Source: Macrostomum lignano
Taxonomy: Eukaryota
Length of the DNA stretch: 64,000 nt
Assembly: GCA_002269645.1 (NCBI GenBank)
Contig: NIVC01000493.1
Location: forward strand, 496,001 to 560,000
Reading direction: 5' to 3'
Part shown: in pieces, positions 7,757 to 19,600 of the stretch
How the letters are laid out: every line of letters begins with the position of its first letter
Numbering within the stretch: the first letter of the stretch is position 1
Translations under genes and position numbers: made by a program
The notes under the pieces: generated by a model
Told to the model about the DNA's origin: nothing
The model's input: the letters and a program-made list of their open reading frames with translations, nothing else
The model's database searches: none

Positions 7757-9446
7757 TTATTGGGATCTAATATCGGTAGGTGCGCCTGCGGCTGGGGAGG
7801 GTCGCCTGCGGCGCTTGGCGCCTGCGGCGCGCGCGCGCGCCGAGCGCCGATATCGATACGGGTATCGATCACCTAGTGATCGGGGCGCCAGCCAATGAGA
7901 GGCGAGGAGGGTTGACACCCACCTCACCTCCAAAATCGCGCCATTCGGGTTCATATAGTAGTCTCGGCCCCATCTTTTGTGGATGATGAAAAGACTGAAG
8001 ACCTGCAGTCCAGCCTAAAGTTGTCTGAAAGTGGGGAACCCCCAGGCCTCAAGCCGTCACTTCTTGACTTAGGCTTTTCATGGCTCTAGTTAGCTGCTGC
8101 TTTGAAACCGGCGTAGCAGTTGGGGGGGGGGTAATTACCCTGCCGCGGCACTCGAGTCCCCCCGGCTCCTCCATCTCCCTTCCTCCCTCCCTGGGCTCAG
8201 CTGGCGGGGAACAGGCAAGCGGGGATTTCTAAGAAATGGGAAGTAGAAAAAATATAGATGGGGAAAACTCGGGCCTTCGTCTCTTCCCCCTCCACCCCCC
8301 CCCCCTAACTCTAAGTCGCCCTATCTCTCTGTTCTGTTCTCGGGCAGTCAGGCGGAAAATTGAGTTGAATTCTGCTCACATATCCCAAGCCGAACCAGGT
8401 GTGCTGTGAGGGGGGTGGTGCGCCGTCCATGATTAACGGGTCTCAACGCGAGCCCTCGCTCCGAGATTTAAGCAGGAATGCCGCCGCCTGCCTGCTTGCA
8501 TAAACAGGTTTTCTGTCCCCCCCTATAATCAAGACTCGCAATTGATAACTTCCCCCGGTTTTGTTCTGCTAGCTGACTGTCTCTCCGCGACTCTCCCATT
8601 ATAGATCGGCGGCTGACCGGAACGGGATGGGCCAAAACTTTCTTCTATATGCATAATTATCACCCCGAGCCGCGGGCGGGCACAAAGGCCTGAGATTTTG
8701 CCTTTTGTTGAGAGTTTTCTTTTGGAAAAAGAGAGATATTTTCTGTATGCTCAGAAAAAGAGCAATGGGACACCTGCTTTTAGAAATATTTTAAGCTGCC
8801 TCACAAATCTATTTGAATTTTTGAGACATTGCAACTTCTTTATAAAGACACAAAACTTCACCATAAACAATAAATAAATTTTTATTGTTTATTAATCAAA
8901 TTTTATGATTTTTCAGCAAACGCAACCTCATAGACTCCAGTGTGTTTTTGATAAAGAGCTGTTATTCGAAATCGACTCAGTCCCTGCTCAAAGTCCCCCT
9001 TCTCAGCGAAGCAGCCTTCACTAATCAGAGCCAACGCCCTTATCGAATACTAGATGTTGAGCAAATGCGCAAATCTACCAGCATCTCAGAGCTTCTTCAT
9101 TATAGGCTTGCTCATCTCGCGTTCCCTCCAACCGAGCAGTGAAAATAGTCGATGGCCCTCCCCAGTGATTCGTTCCAGCATCCTCCCTGTTCTGCAGCAG
9201 CTTCATCCGCAGCTTCCCCCCCCGCCCCGCCGCCTCTGCCGCCGCCTCTGCCGTAGCTGCTCAAACCCCCATGCAATCAGCCAATCAGACAGGCCCTCCC
9301 GAATCCCTATTGATCTCCGATTCCTCAAGTATTGTAGAATTGCCCGTCTGCTTCCGTTTCGATTCTCAAATTTCTTCATCCCCAGATTGCAGCTTGTGTA
9401 ACCGGCTGTGATATACGAAAGCAGAATTTTACACGGTTTGCAGAGC

Positions 9447-11083
9447 ATGAAGTCTACTAAAGAGGTGGCAGCTTCGGCAACCGCAATGCCCAGGCGGCAT
9501 GGACTGGTATGTGCATCCCAATCCCAATGTTTCCCATGACTTATCTCAGAAATCCCAATGTTTCCCATGACCCATCTCAGAAATCTCAATGTTTCCCATG
9601 ACTTATCTCAGAAATCCCTATGTTTCCCATGACCCATCTCAGAAATCCCAACATTTCCCATGACCCAACTCTGAAGCCCCATTCTCACTCCATATTCAAA
9701 CAGGATGTCGGATCGGCTGAAGAGCCGTCAATGCGACGCCACCTCGACGACGCCGCCGAATGCCGAGGCGACGGGTCTCCCCAAGAGACCGCAAATATCT
9801 CGCAAGGCACCCGCGTCGGCAGTGTCGGCGTGCCGACCAGGCCGGAGGCGCCGTCCTCGTCTGAGAATTCGCCGACGGCGGGAGGAGGAGCCTCTGCTGA
9901 CGTCGGCAAGCTGCCACCGGCCACGGCAGCAGCGGCGGCGGCAGCGATGGCTGCTGCTGCGGCTTATTATCGAGGCGGCGCCAACAGCGGCGGCGGCGCC
10001 GGTGACGGCGGCAGCGGCGGCGGCAGCGGCGGCGGAGGAGGCGGCGACTTCTATCACACGGCGGCGCTGATGGAGCCGATGTCGACGCCGATGTTCAAGG
10101 CTGACTATCCGCCGGCAGCGCTGTACCAGGGCTGGCAGCAGCACCAGCCGCAGCAGCAGCAGCAGCAGCACCTTCAACATCAGCAGCAGCAACAGCAGCA
10201 GCATTCTTACTGGGAACTGCAGCACGGACCCAACTGGCTCTCTACTGCAGTGGCAGCCTCCGGTGCCGAGCATCATCAGCACCAGCCGCACCAGGTGCAG
10301 CAGGCGCAGCACTTCGCCTATCTGAGCCAGCCGGCCGCTGACTACCCGCTGGTCAGCCAGCAGACGCATTCCTTCCTGCCGTTGTTCAGCCACGCCGACG
10401 CGGCGGCGACCGCCACGGCGGCGGCTGCGGCAGCTGCGGCTGCGGCGGCGGCTGGCTATGCTGGCACTTCAACGTCGTCCGTCGGTGGACAGCAGCCGCC
10501 GCAGCCGCCGATGCCGCTGCAACAGCAGCCGCCAGCAGCGTCGTCCAACTCCGGCAGCAGAGACGCCGGCAACGGCAGCCGGAGCAGCGGCGGCAAGTCG
10601 AACCGGCGCTACCCCGGCCGGGCCACCTGCGACTGTCCGAACTGTCGCGAGGCCGACCGTCTGGGCCCGGCGGCGGCGGCGCAGCTGCGCAAGCGGAACC
10701 TTCACAGCTGCCACATCCCCGGCTGCGGCAAGGTGTACAACAAGACCTCGCACCTGAAGGCCCACCTTCGCTGGCACACCGGGGAGAGGCCGTTCGTGTG
10801 CAACTGGCTGTTCTGCGGCAAGCGGTTCACCCGGTCCGACGAGCTGCAGCGGCACCTGCGGACGCACACAGGTGAGAAGCGGTTTTCCTGTGCGGTGTGC
10901 CGCAAGAGATTCATGCGCTCCGATCACCTTTCAAAGCACCTGAAGACGCACAGCGAGGCCGGGGAGCAACACCCTGATGTTGAGGAGGACGAGGACGGGA
11001 ACAGCATCCCCATGGGCGGCGGCAGCGTCGGCGGCGGCGGCGAGGAAGACGCGAAGTCGGCGATTCGCCTGCAGCAGCCCTGA
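9447..11083 (+). CDS. Sp6-9: Sp6-9 (Sp8/9-like) buttonhead-box C2H2 zinc-finger transcription factor
   Basis: Btd box [15 protein letters not shown], then three fingers [12 protein letters not shown]..., [21 protein letters not shown]..., ..[11 protein letters not shown], matching the Sp8/9 signature. Probable exon 1 9447-9506 (CTG|GTATGT) spliced in phase 0 to acceptor AAACAG|GAT at 9704; exon 1 is less certain than exon 2. Confidence 0.95.
9527..9665. repeat. 31-nt tandem repeat in Sp6-9 intron
   Basis: AATGTTTCCCATGAC(T/C)(T/C)ATCTCAGAAATCCC, about 4.5 copies. Confidence 0.85.
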
Positions 11084-11470
11084 GCGCTTGGTTCGATAAG
11101 TTTTAAGACGGACGAACTTTCACTGCAATCCCCTCCCTTACTATCCCATTTCCCCTTCGTGTGCAACAGCTGTGCATCGCCCACCAGTTAGTTATTGAAT
11201 ATCATATTGAAAGTCCACTATTGTCGAGAAATATTAAATGTTGTTTTTGTAAATGACGAATGGCACGGCCAGTTTAATAGCAGTCTAAAAATGTTGACGG
11301 TTCCTTTCTATCATAGCAAATTAACTGGATGATGCTTCGCGAGTGAGTCTGATTTTTAGAGTCGGAGTTTTTTGAATGAAGTTATCAATAAACTTTTTTG
11401 GTCGGCAATTGATGTTTCATTGAATTTATCGGCATTTTTTTCTCTTGATTCACACAGGGCGTGAGGGTAG

Positions 11471-11829
11471 GCAGACGCAGGACCAGTCAGCGGTTGAGTT
11501 GGGGAGGGGGTGGGCAGACGCAGGACCAATCAACGGTTGAGTTGGGGAGGGGGTGGGCAGACGCAGGACCAATCAGTAGTTGAGTTGGGGAGAGGGTGGG
11601 CAGACGCAGGACCAATCAGCGGTTGAGTTGGGGAGGGGTGGGCAGACGCAGGACCAATCAGCGGTTGAGTTGGGGAGGGGTGGGCAGACGCAGGACCAAT
11701 CAGCGGTTGAGTTGGGGAGGGGGTGGGCAGACGCAGGACCAATCAGCGGTTGAGTTGGGGAGGGGGTGGGCAGACGCAGGACCAATCAGTGGTTGAGTTG
11801 GGGAGGGGTAGGCAGACGCAGGACCAATC
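11471..11829. repeat. 42-43-nt minisatellite (8 full + 1 partial)
   Basis: GCAGACGCAGGACCAATCAGCGGTTGAGTTGGGGAGGGG(G)TGG; unit starts at 11471, 11514, 11557, 11600, 11642, 11684, 11727, 11770, 11812. Confidence 0.95.
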
Positions 11830-12504
11830 GGAGGGGCAAAAGTGATCAGTAGGTATCAAGTAAGCTACAAATACCTACAATAAACTCGTATTAATATTAA
11901 AGTACTTTATATTCGAAAAGCTGCAGTAATGGTAAAAACACATAAATATTGGTATATTATTTTCAAATTTTACAGTTACAAAAAAGTTCACAGCACAGCG
12001 GTGAGCACCACAATAAACAATGTATAAAAACACAAACAGAGAATACAAACGAGAACAAAAAGCGGCAGTTCGAGATTCGAATGATAAATTTTGGCTTTAG
12101 AAAAACAAAAAACAAACTTGCTGTGGGAAGCACAAGGAAATATAAAAAAACCGTTTTGGGTTTCGGAAGGCATGCAGCTGGTAGAGTGCGGGTTGGGTTA
12201 CGAGTTTAGGTGAGGTAGAAGTTATATCGGTAAATTTTTATAGTAAAGCCCATAGTAACCATGACAACTAATTCCCTATACGTTGTGCTAGCTTAATGAA
12301 TTGTCTTGAGCAAAATTTTAGTGCATAGGTAGGACTAGGCGAAAATGTTATACAGGATACTGGCATTGGAATGAACTGGCAGACCGACTGCAATGTGATG
12401 GTATTTAACTGATGAATTATTGAACAAAGAAATGTGATTTATCAAGATAAAGAGCGGAAAAACCAGCCAGAGAAACAAAAGAAGAAGACCAGAAGACCAA
12501 CCAA

Positions 12505-13606
12505 AACAAAACCTGGACAGACAAACAAAACCAGACAGACAAACAAAACCAGATAGACAAACAAAACCAGACAGACAAACAAAACCAGATAGACAAACAA
12601 AACCAGACAGACAAACAAAACCAGACAGACAAACAAAACCAGATAGACAAACAAAACCAGACAGACAAACAAAACCAGACAGACAAACAAAACCAGACAG
12701 ACAAACAAAACCAGACAGACAAACAAAACCAGCCAGACAAACAAAACCAGACAGACAAACAAAACCAGACAGACAAACAAAACCAACCAGACAGACAAAC
12801 AAAACCAACGAGACAGACAAACAAAACCAACCAGACAGACAAACAAAACCAACCAGACAGACAAACAAAACCAGACAGACAAACAAAACCAGACAGACAA
12901 ACAAAACCAGACAGACAAACAAAACCAGATAGACAAACAAAACCAGACAGACAAACAAAACCAGACAGACAAACAAAACCAGACAGACAAACAAAACCAG
13001 ACAGACAAACAAAACCAGCCAGACAAACAAAACCAGACAGACAAACAAAACCAGACAGACAAACAAAACCAACCAGACAGACAAACAAAACCAACGAGAC
13101 AGACAAACAAAACCAACCAGACAGACAAACAAAACCAACCAGACAGACAAACAAAACCAGACAGACAAACAAAACCAGACAGACAAACAAAACCAGACAG
13201 ACAAACAAAACCAGACAGACAAACAAAACCAGCCAGACAAACAACAAAACCAGCCAGACAAACAAAATCAGCCAGACAAACAACAAAATCAGCCAGACAA
13301 ACAACAAAACCAGCCAGATAAACAAAACCAGACGGACAAACAAAACCAGCCAGACAAACAACAAAACCAGCCAGACAAACAAAATCAGCCAGACAAACAA
13401 CAAAATCAGCCAGACAAACAACAAAACCAGCCAGACAAACAACAAAACCAGCCAGACAAACAAAATCAGCCAGACAAACAACAAAATCAGCCAGACAAAC
13501 AACAAAACCAGCCAGACAAACAAAACCAGCCAGACAAACAACAAAATCAGCCAGACAAACAACAAAAACCAGCCAGACAAACAACAAAACCAGCCAGACA
13601 AACAAC
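12505..13606. repeat. AAAC/AGAC-based 16-19-nt tandem array
   Basis: CCAGACAGACAAACAAAA units grading into CAGCCAGACAAACAACAAAA(C/T) units. Confidence 0.95.
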
Positions 13607-13683
13607 TGCATCCATCAGAGCGGCACATTTTGCCTGAGGTATTTTCAACCCATTCGCTTCGCATCAATTGTTGCGTTTGACAA

Positions 13684-16600
13684 TCAGCCGTCAATGACGC
13701 GGTCGTGCGCCACTGGCGCGGTCAGGCCGGACACGACGCCGCTAGCCGAGTCGGCGCTCTGCATCTGCAGCAGCAGGTCCAGATCCGCTCCGGCCAGCTC
13801 GTCGATTCGCCGGCTCAGCTGACGCGTCAGCCGACGGTCGTCAACGCCGCCGCCTGCCTGTCGGGCCATGCGCAGCGGCTGCAGGCAGACGGCCAGCCGG
13901 CGGACCTTGTCCCATTTGATGTGGCCGCTAGCCAGATGGAAGCTGCCAACTTCCAGTGATTGGAGATGGGCGCGCAGCATCCTCGGATGCGGCACAGAGG
14001 CTGGCTCGGATAGCGGCTCGGACAGCAGCCGGGCTCGCAGGACGGACAGACGCTTCCTGGCCCGGCTGGCCCGGGAGTCCAACCGATGAAGCCCCGGCGC
14101 CCACTGGAGCCGCGGTCCGGACAGGCCCTCGGCCAGAGCCACGGCGGAGGCCAGGTCGCCCCTGTCAGCGCACTCGCCAGCTGTCAGCCAAAGCCTCCTG
14201 GCCATCAGGGCTCGCTGCTTGGCGCCGGAGCCGGCCGCCAGCAGTTCGGCGGTGCACCAACGCGACAGCCGGTCGCAGTGGCCGAGATAGTCGGCCAAAC
14301 CGGCGCCGGAGCCGGTGAGAAAATCCACGGGATGGCAGGCCAAGAACCGCTGCCTACTCAGCGCGCACAGGCTGGCGGCCAGGTCGGATTCAGCGCAGTC
14401 TAACAAAGACAGCGGCCGGTCCGTGGCTGGCTTGGTCAGGCTCTCGGCGAGCAGCTGGCGCGCCTGGCGCTCGCTGACGCGGTCAGGGCTGAACACGTGC
14501 AGCTGGGGCCACTGTTGTTGAATTTTAAATAATTTGGTAAGTCAGTTTGATTCAAAATCTAGAAAATAATTACTTATGCTAGTTATGTTACTGTTAGTAG
14601 CAGTAGTAAAAAAAATAATTTTCATTAACTTACCGGAAGAAACGACACGGGCCTTGGAATGATCTGAAGGAAATAATATATATTCAACAATTGATTGTGA
14701 GCAATCATCTGAACTTTAAAGAAAAAAAGCAGGTTAAAATGGTTGCACATTAAAAAAGTAAAAATTATGATCTCGCCCAGGCTCGAACTGGGGACCTTCT
14801 GTGTGTTAGACAGATGTGATAACCACTACACCACGAGATCTTAAGGAAGTATGAGTGTCGCGTGCGTATTGATATAATGTTTTCGTAACTGTTTTGTTTA
14901 AGTTACATGTTCGTTTTTATATCAAATCAAATCAAATCAAGTCAGATTATTTCAAATTCCAGTTTCATTATTCCTCAAACGTTACGTACCGTTTGTGTCT
15001 TGGCGTATGGAGCAGTGCTGCTTATGTCAACGTCGCAGTAGTGCAAATCCACGTGGATTCCACGTTGACAGTCCGAAAACAATGAAAATATTCCGTTCAT
15101 AGACGGGTATTGGTCGGCAAGTTTTGGTGCCTAAAATATTTTCGCGTTGGAATCAGTTTTAAACAGTTTATTTCTCTTTGCTTTATAGCTCGCTAGCCTA
15201 ACGCTTTTACCGTTGTAAATCACGTACTATTAGGTTTATTTTCGATACATATCGGCCAGCGACGAATTATCATTTAGTAGGTCATCTATCGAGCAAAATT
15301 AAATGGGCAGCATACCTGATCGGACAGGAACTCCATAAAGGACTTTAGAGTGGTCTGTGCTTCTTTTCTTTCTTGAAAGTCAATTTGATAAAAACCAAAA
15401 AGCCAAAACAGTAGAAGGTTTAACCCACGGTGAAGAATCAGGCTTTCCACGGTGTCGGGTTCTAGACATTTCGGAAATGTGTTGCGCATCACATTCGTTA
15501 TTACTTTAGCGAGATCCTCTGTTGTTGCGAAGTAGCGATAGCCGAAAAAATATTCCCAAACGAATCCAGTTGTAATGCTTTGTCTGAAAATTACAAGAGA
15601 AAAAAGTTATGATCTCGCCCAGGCTCGAACTGGGGACCTTCTGTGTGTTAGACAGATGTGATAACCACTACACCACGAGATCTTACAGTATGGGTGACTG
15701 TACACTGTATAATAAACCATGAGTAATACGAATAAAGTAGCACAGACTATTCAAGTAGACTTAAGACTTAAGTAGTCCTTGGTACGCATTCGTCGTCATT
15801 TTAGACTTTAGAACTTTCACAAACCTGCAAAACAGAAGAGCAGCAAGACAGTCCGGCTCAGCCGAGTGCACCAGGCCTCGCTTAAAAGTTACATTGCTAT
15901 TATTCGATTCTGATAGAGAAAACTGCTGGCTTGCATCATCGTCTAGTTTGGCGGCCACCTCCAGCTGAAGATGGCCGCTGCGTAGGCAACCTGCCAGGCT
16001 CTGGCACAGGCTCAGCGGCAGGCCTTGATTGTCAGCAAATAGTGCTTCCGCCTGTCGACAACTAGCCTCCAAGTATTCCATGCGCGCTGTTAGGGCAGCC
16101 AGATCACGCCTGTAATAATTGAAAAGCGAAGATTTTTCGATACATATCGGTAGATCGGTAAAATGAAATAAATAAACATCGCACCTGCACGATCGGGAAC
16201 CACCAGACTGCTGCCTGTTCAACTTCTCAACCTTGGCGACGTCTTTTGCTGTTAGAACCAACTGCTGTCGCAGCTGCTGCAGCCGTGTTTGAAGATCTAG
16301 AACGTCGCTCGAAGATGCCGACGCCAACGACGACTTCGCGGGCGGTGGCGGTGGTGGGGGAGGGGGTTGTTGAGCCAGAGGTGGAGATTGCTGCTTGGGC
16401 TGCGGCTGCTGAGGATGAGGAGGAGGAGGCGATGGTATCTGCTGAATCGTTGCAGCCTTTTTTGTTGTCGACAGCGGTGGCGGCGGGGGCAGCGGCGGCG
16501 GCGGCAGCGGCTGTTCCCGGCCGGCGTTGACGATGCCAAAGCAGGCCCGGAGCAGCTCGTCGCTCCAGTAGAGGTCTGGGAATCGTTCGGTAATGGCGCT

Positions 16601-19600
16601 AGTAAAAGTTGCCCAGGAAAGATTGACTAATGAGACTATGTACTCTGCCAGTAAGGGCAGATCAACGCCCGGACAGCCGTCCAACGAGAATTCCGGGTGT
16701 AGAAGGCGAATGACGCTGGCCAGAGTGCGTTGATAGTGAACCGCATCGTTTGACAGCAGCCGCTCCATCGGCGTGGCGTAGTGACCGGTAGCGACACCGG
16801 TGGAGAGTCGCTGCTGCTGCTGCTGTTGTTGTTGTTGTTGTTGCTGCTGCTGCTGCTGGTGGTTAGCCGAGATGCTGACTCCCGAGTCAGCATTTGGCGA
16901 GTCCCGCTGTGCTGCCGCTGCCACCGCTGCCACCAGCGGTGCCTCAACGTTGCGGATGTTTCGCGCAATCGGCCGCGGCGGCGTCCTCGTCAGCCAGTGC
17001 TCGGCAACCACCGGGTCCGAGTAGGCCTTGTGGCTCACGTTGGAAGACTGGGCGATGGGAAAGTTCATTTTGTCAAGTAAGTGATCAAGGTTTTAATTTT
17101 ATGTAGGACAACTATTGTGAGAACTTTGTCTTTAGCTTTCCTATGCAGCAGCACTAACTGGTGTGACTCATCCAGGATGCAGCAGCCCAAACTAGTGTGA
17201 CTCATCCCGATGCACCGGCACTAACTGGTGTGACTCATCACGGATGCATCAGCACTAACTGGTCTGACTCATCCCGATGCACCAGCATTAACTGGTGTGA
17301 CTCATCCCGATGCAGCAGCACTAACTGGTGTGATTCATCCCGATGCAGCAGCACTAACTGGTGTGACTCATCCCGATGCAGCAGCACTAACTGGTGTGAC
17401 TCAAAAATCTTACTGGCGGCACGGACTGCCTTGCCCGGTAGCGAGCCAAATGCCTGGTGCTGGCCGTGGATTCAGCCGCAGCCGTTGGCAGAAATCTTGC
17501 GCCTCCGGGATCGTCATCGTACCCGACGCTAGAGATGTTCATATCCGTATCGGCTGTTTCGTCAACGGCGAGTGGCGTCAGCAATCGATAGCTGTCAGCC
17601 AGATGCTTGTGCTGACCCCAGTCCGTGGACGTTGAATCTGCTTCCATCGACTCCAGGCACAGTCGCCCATCCAGAGCCCACCGACGGTTTTCTCGCGCCA
17701 AGCTGCGAAGCCGCTCCGCCAGCTGCTGTTTCGATGCCGCCTCCGCCGCTGCCGACATTGCCGCCGCGGCGGCAACTGTTGAAGTTGTCGCGTTGCTGTT
17801 TTCATCGTCCGGACGAGCATCGATCGGCTTGAAGTGGGTCAGCTGGCTGGTGAAGGCTGGCGGCAGCAAGTCTCTAGGCTGCGGCGGTTGTGGCGGAGGT
17901 CTTCGTTGAGGTGGCGGTGGCGGTTGCTGCGGCTGCTGCTGCTGCTGTGATTTCAATAGCTTGGACTCTTTCGCTGACCTATTCAAGAAAATGAAACGTA
18001 GGCTTGAACACTTATCTTGGTACACGAAATGAAGCATCGTAAAGCCAGTCTTTATTCACTTTAGCTCTTTTCGTATCCTGGTTACTGCCACAAAATACCC
18101 TGTCTGAGGGTTACTGCTCAACCATGCAATCTCCAATTTACACAATTGCTCGCATACCTAGCCGGCAGAGGCGGCGGCTGCGGCTTGAGCTGCTGGAGCC
18201 GCTGCCGGCCCTTCCTCTGGCCGTGCAGCCTGGCAAACATGGTCACCAGCACGTGCCTGTAGCCTCCGCCCGGACACTGGGCCTCCAGCTCGCTGCTCCA
18301 GTCCCTGACGGTGGCCAGCGCTGGCCGACGATCGGCCCGGTCGTGGCACAGAGACTCCAGAATGGAGTACAGCACGGGGTCCAAACTGCGCGGTCCCAGC
18401 TCCGTTTCCTGCTGGCGTTGGCGTGCCTCCGAGCTGGAGTCCTCTCCTTCGTCGTCAAACACGTCAAGGACGTTTAACAGAGCGACTCCAATGGCGTAGG
18501 CGACCGTCTTCTCGTAGTCCGTGGCCAGACCGGTGCCGGAGTACTCGGGCGGCAGCCAGCGCAGCGGGCTGAGCTGACCGCTGGCTCCGCTGCCGCTGAT
18601 GGCGGCTTCTTGAAGGCGGCAGCGCCCGGTTGAATCAAGAATGAAATTGTCTAGCGACAGGCCGTGAACTGCGGATTGTACAGAGTGTTGCTTTGTTGGT
18701 AGCTTAGTACTGATTTACATTGGATAGAATGCCAGAGAGTGAGATGGTTAGTGGAGTGAGGTAGCTGGGGAGTGAGGTGGCTGGGGAGTGAGGTGGCTGG
18801 GGAGTGAGGTGGCTGGGGAGTGATGTGATTATGGAGTGAGGTGGCTGGGGAGTGATGTGATTATGGAGTGAGGTGGCTGGGGAGTGATGTGATTATGGAG
18901 TGAGGTGGCTGGGGAGTGATGTGATTATGGAGTGAGGTCGTTGTGGAATGAGGTAGCTGGGGAGTGAGGTGGCTGGGGAGTGAGGTGGTTGGGGAGTGAT
19001 GTGATTATGGAGTGAGGTGGCTGGGGAGAGAGGTGGTTGGGGAGTGAGGTGGCTGGGGAGTGAGGTGGCTGGGGAGTGAGGTGGCTGGGGAGTGAGGTGG
19101 CTGGGGAGTGAGGTGGCTGGGGAGTGAGGTGGCTGGGGAGTGAGGTGGCTGGGGAGTGAGGTGGCTGGGGAGTGAGGTGGCTGGGGAGTGAGGTAGCTGG
19201 GGAGTGAGGTAGCTGGGGAGTGAGGTGACTGGAGAGTGAGGTGGCTGGGGAGTGAGGTAGCTGGGGAGTGAGGTGGCTGGAGAGTGATGTGATTATGGAG
19301 TGAGGTGGCTGGGGAGTGATGTGATTATGGAGTGAGGTGGCTGGAGAGTGATGTGATTATGGAGTGAGGTGGCTGGGGAGTGATGTGATTATGGAGTGAG
19401 GTGGTTGTGGAATGAGGTGGCTGGGGAAGGTGGCTGGGGAATGAGGTGGCTGGGGAGTGAGGTGGCTGGGGAGTGAGGTGGCTGGGGAGTGAGGTGGTTG
19501 TGGAGTGAGGTGGCTGGAGAGTGATGTGATTATGGAGTGAGGTGGCTGGGGAGTGATGTGATTATGGAGTGAGGTGGTTGTGGAATGAGGTGGCTGGGGA

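Larger units (their letters stand above)
1..7890. mobile_element. Polinton/Maverick-like or other pPolB-encoding endogenous DNA element (partial; both boundaries unresolved)
   Basis: pPolB of this type is not a core animal nuclear gene (established). Compact divergent gene layout with a TATA box before each gene, followed by a repeat/palindrome-rich arm. No TIR pair or TSD can be shown because the left end is outside the window. Confidence 0.7.

Noticed and set aside
12335-13694. Long hydrophobic ORFs (308-425 aa), and similar ORFs at 27000-28914, 32870-34660, 36638-37419, 42868-43932, 46304-46911, 58806-60181, 62307-62711
   Set aside because: They are translations of micro/minisatellites lacking stop codons, open in several frames, and mostly lie inside introns.
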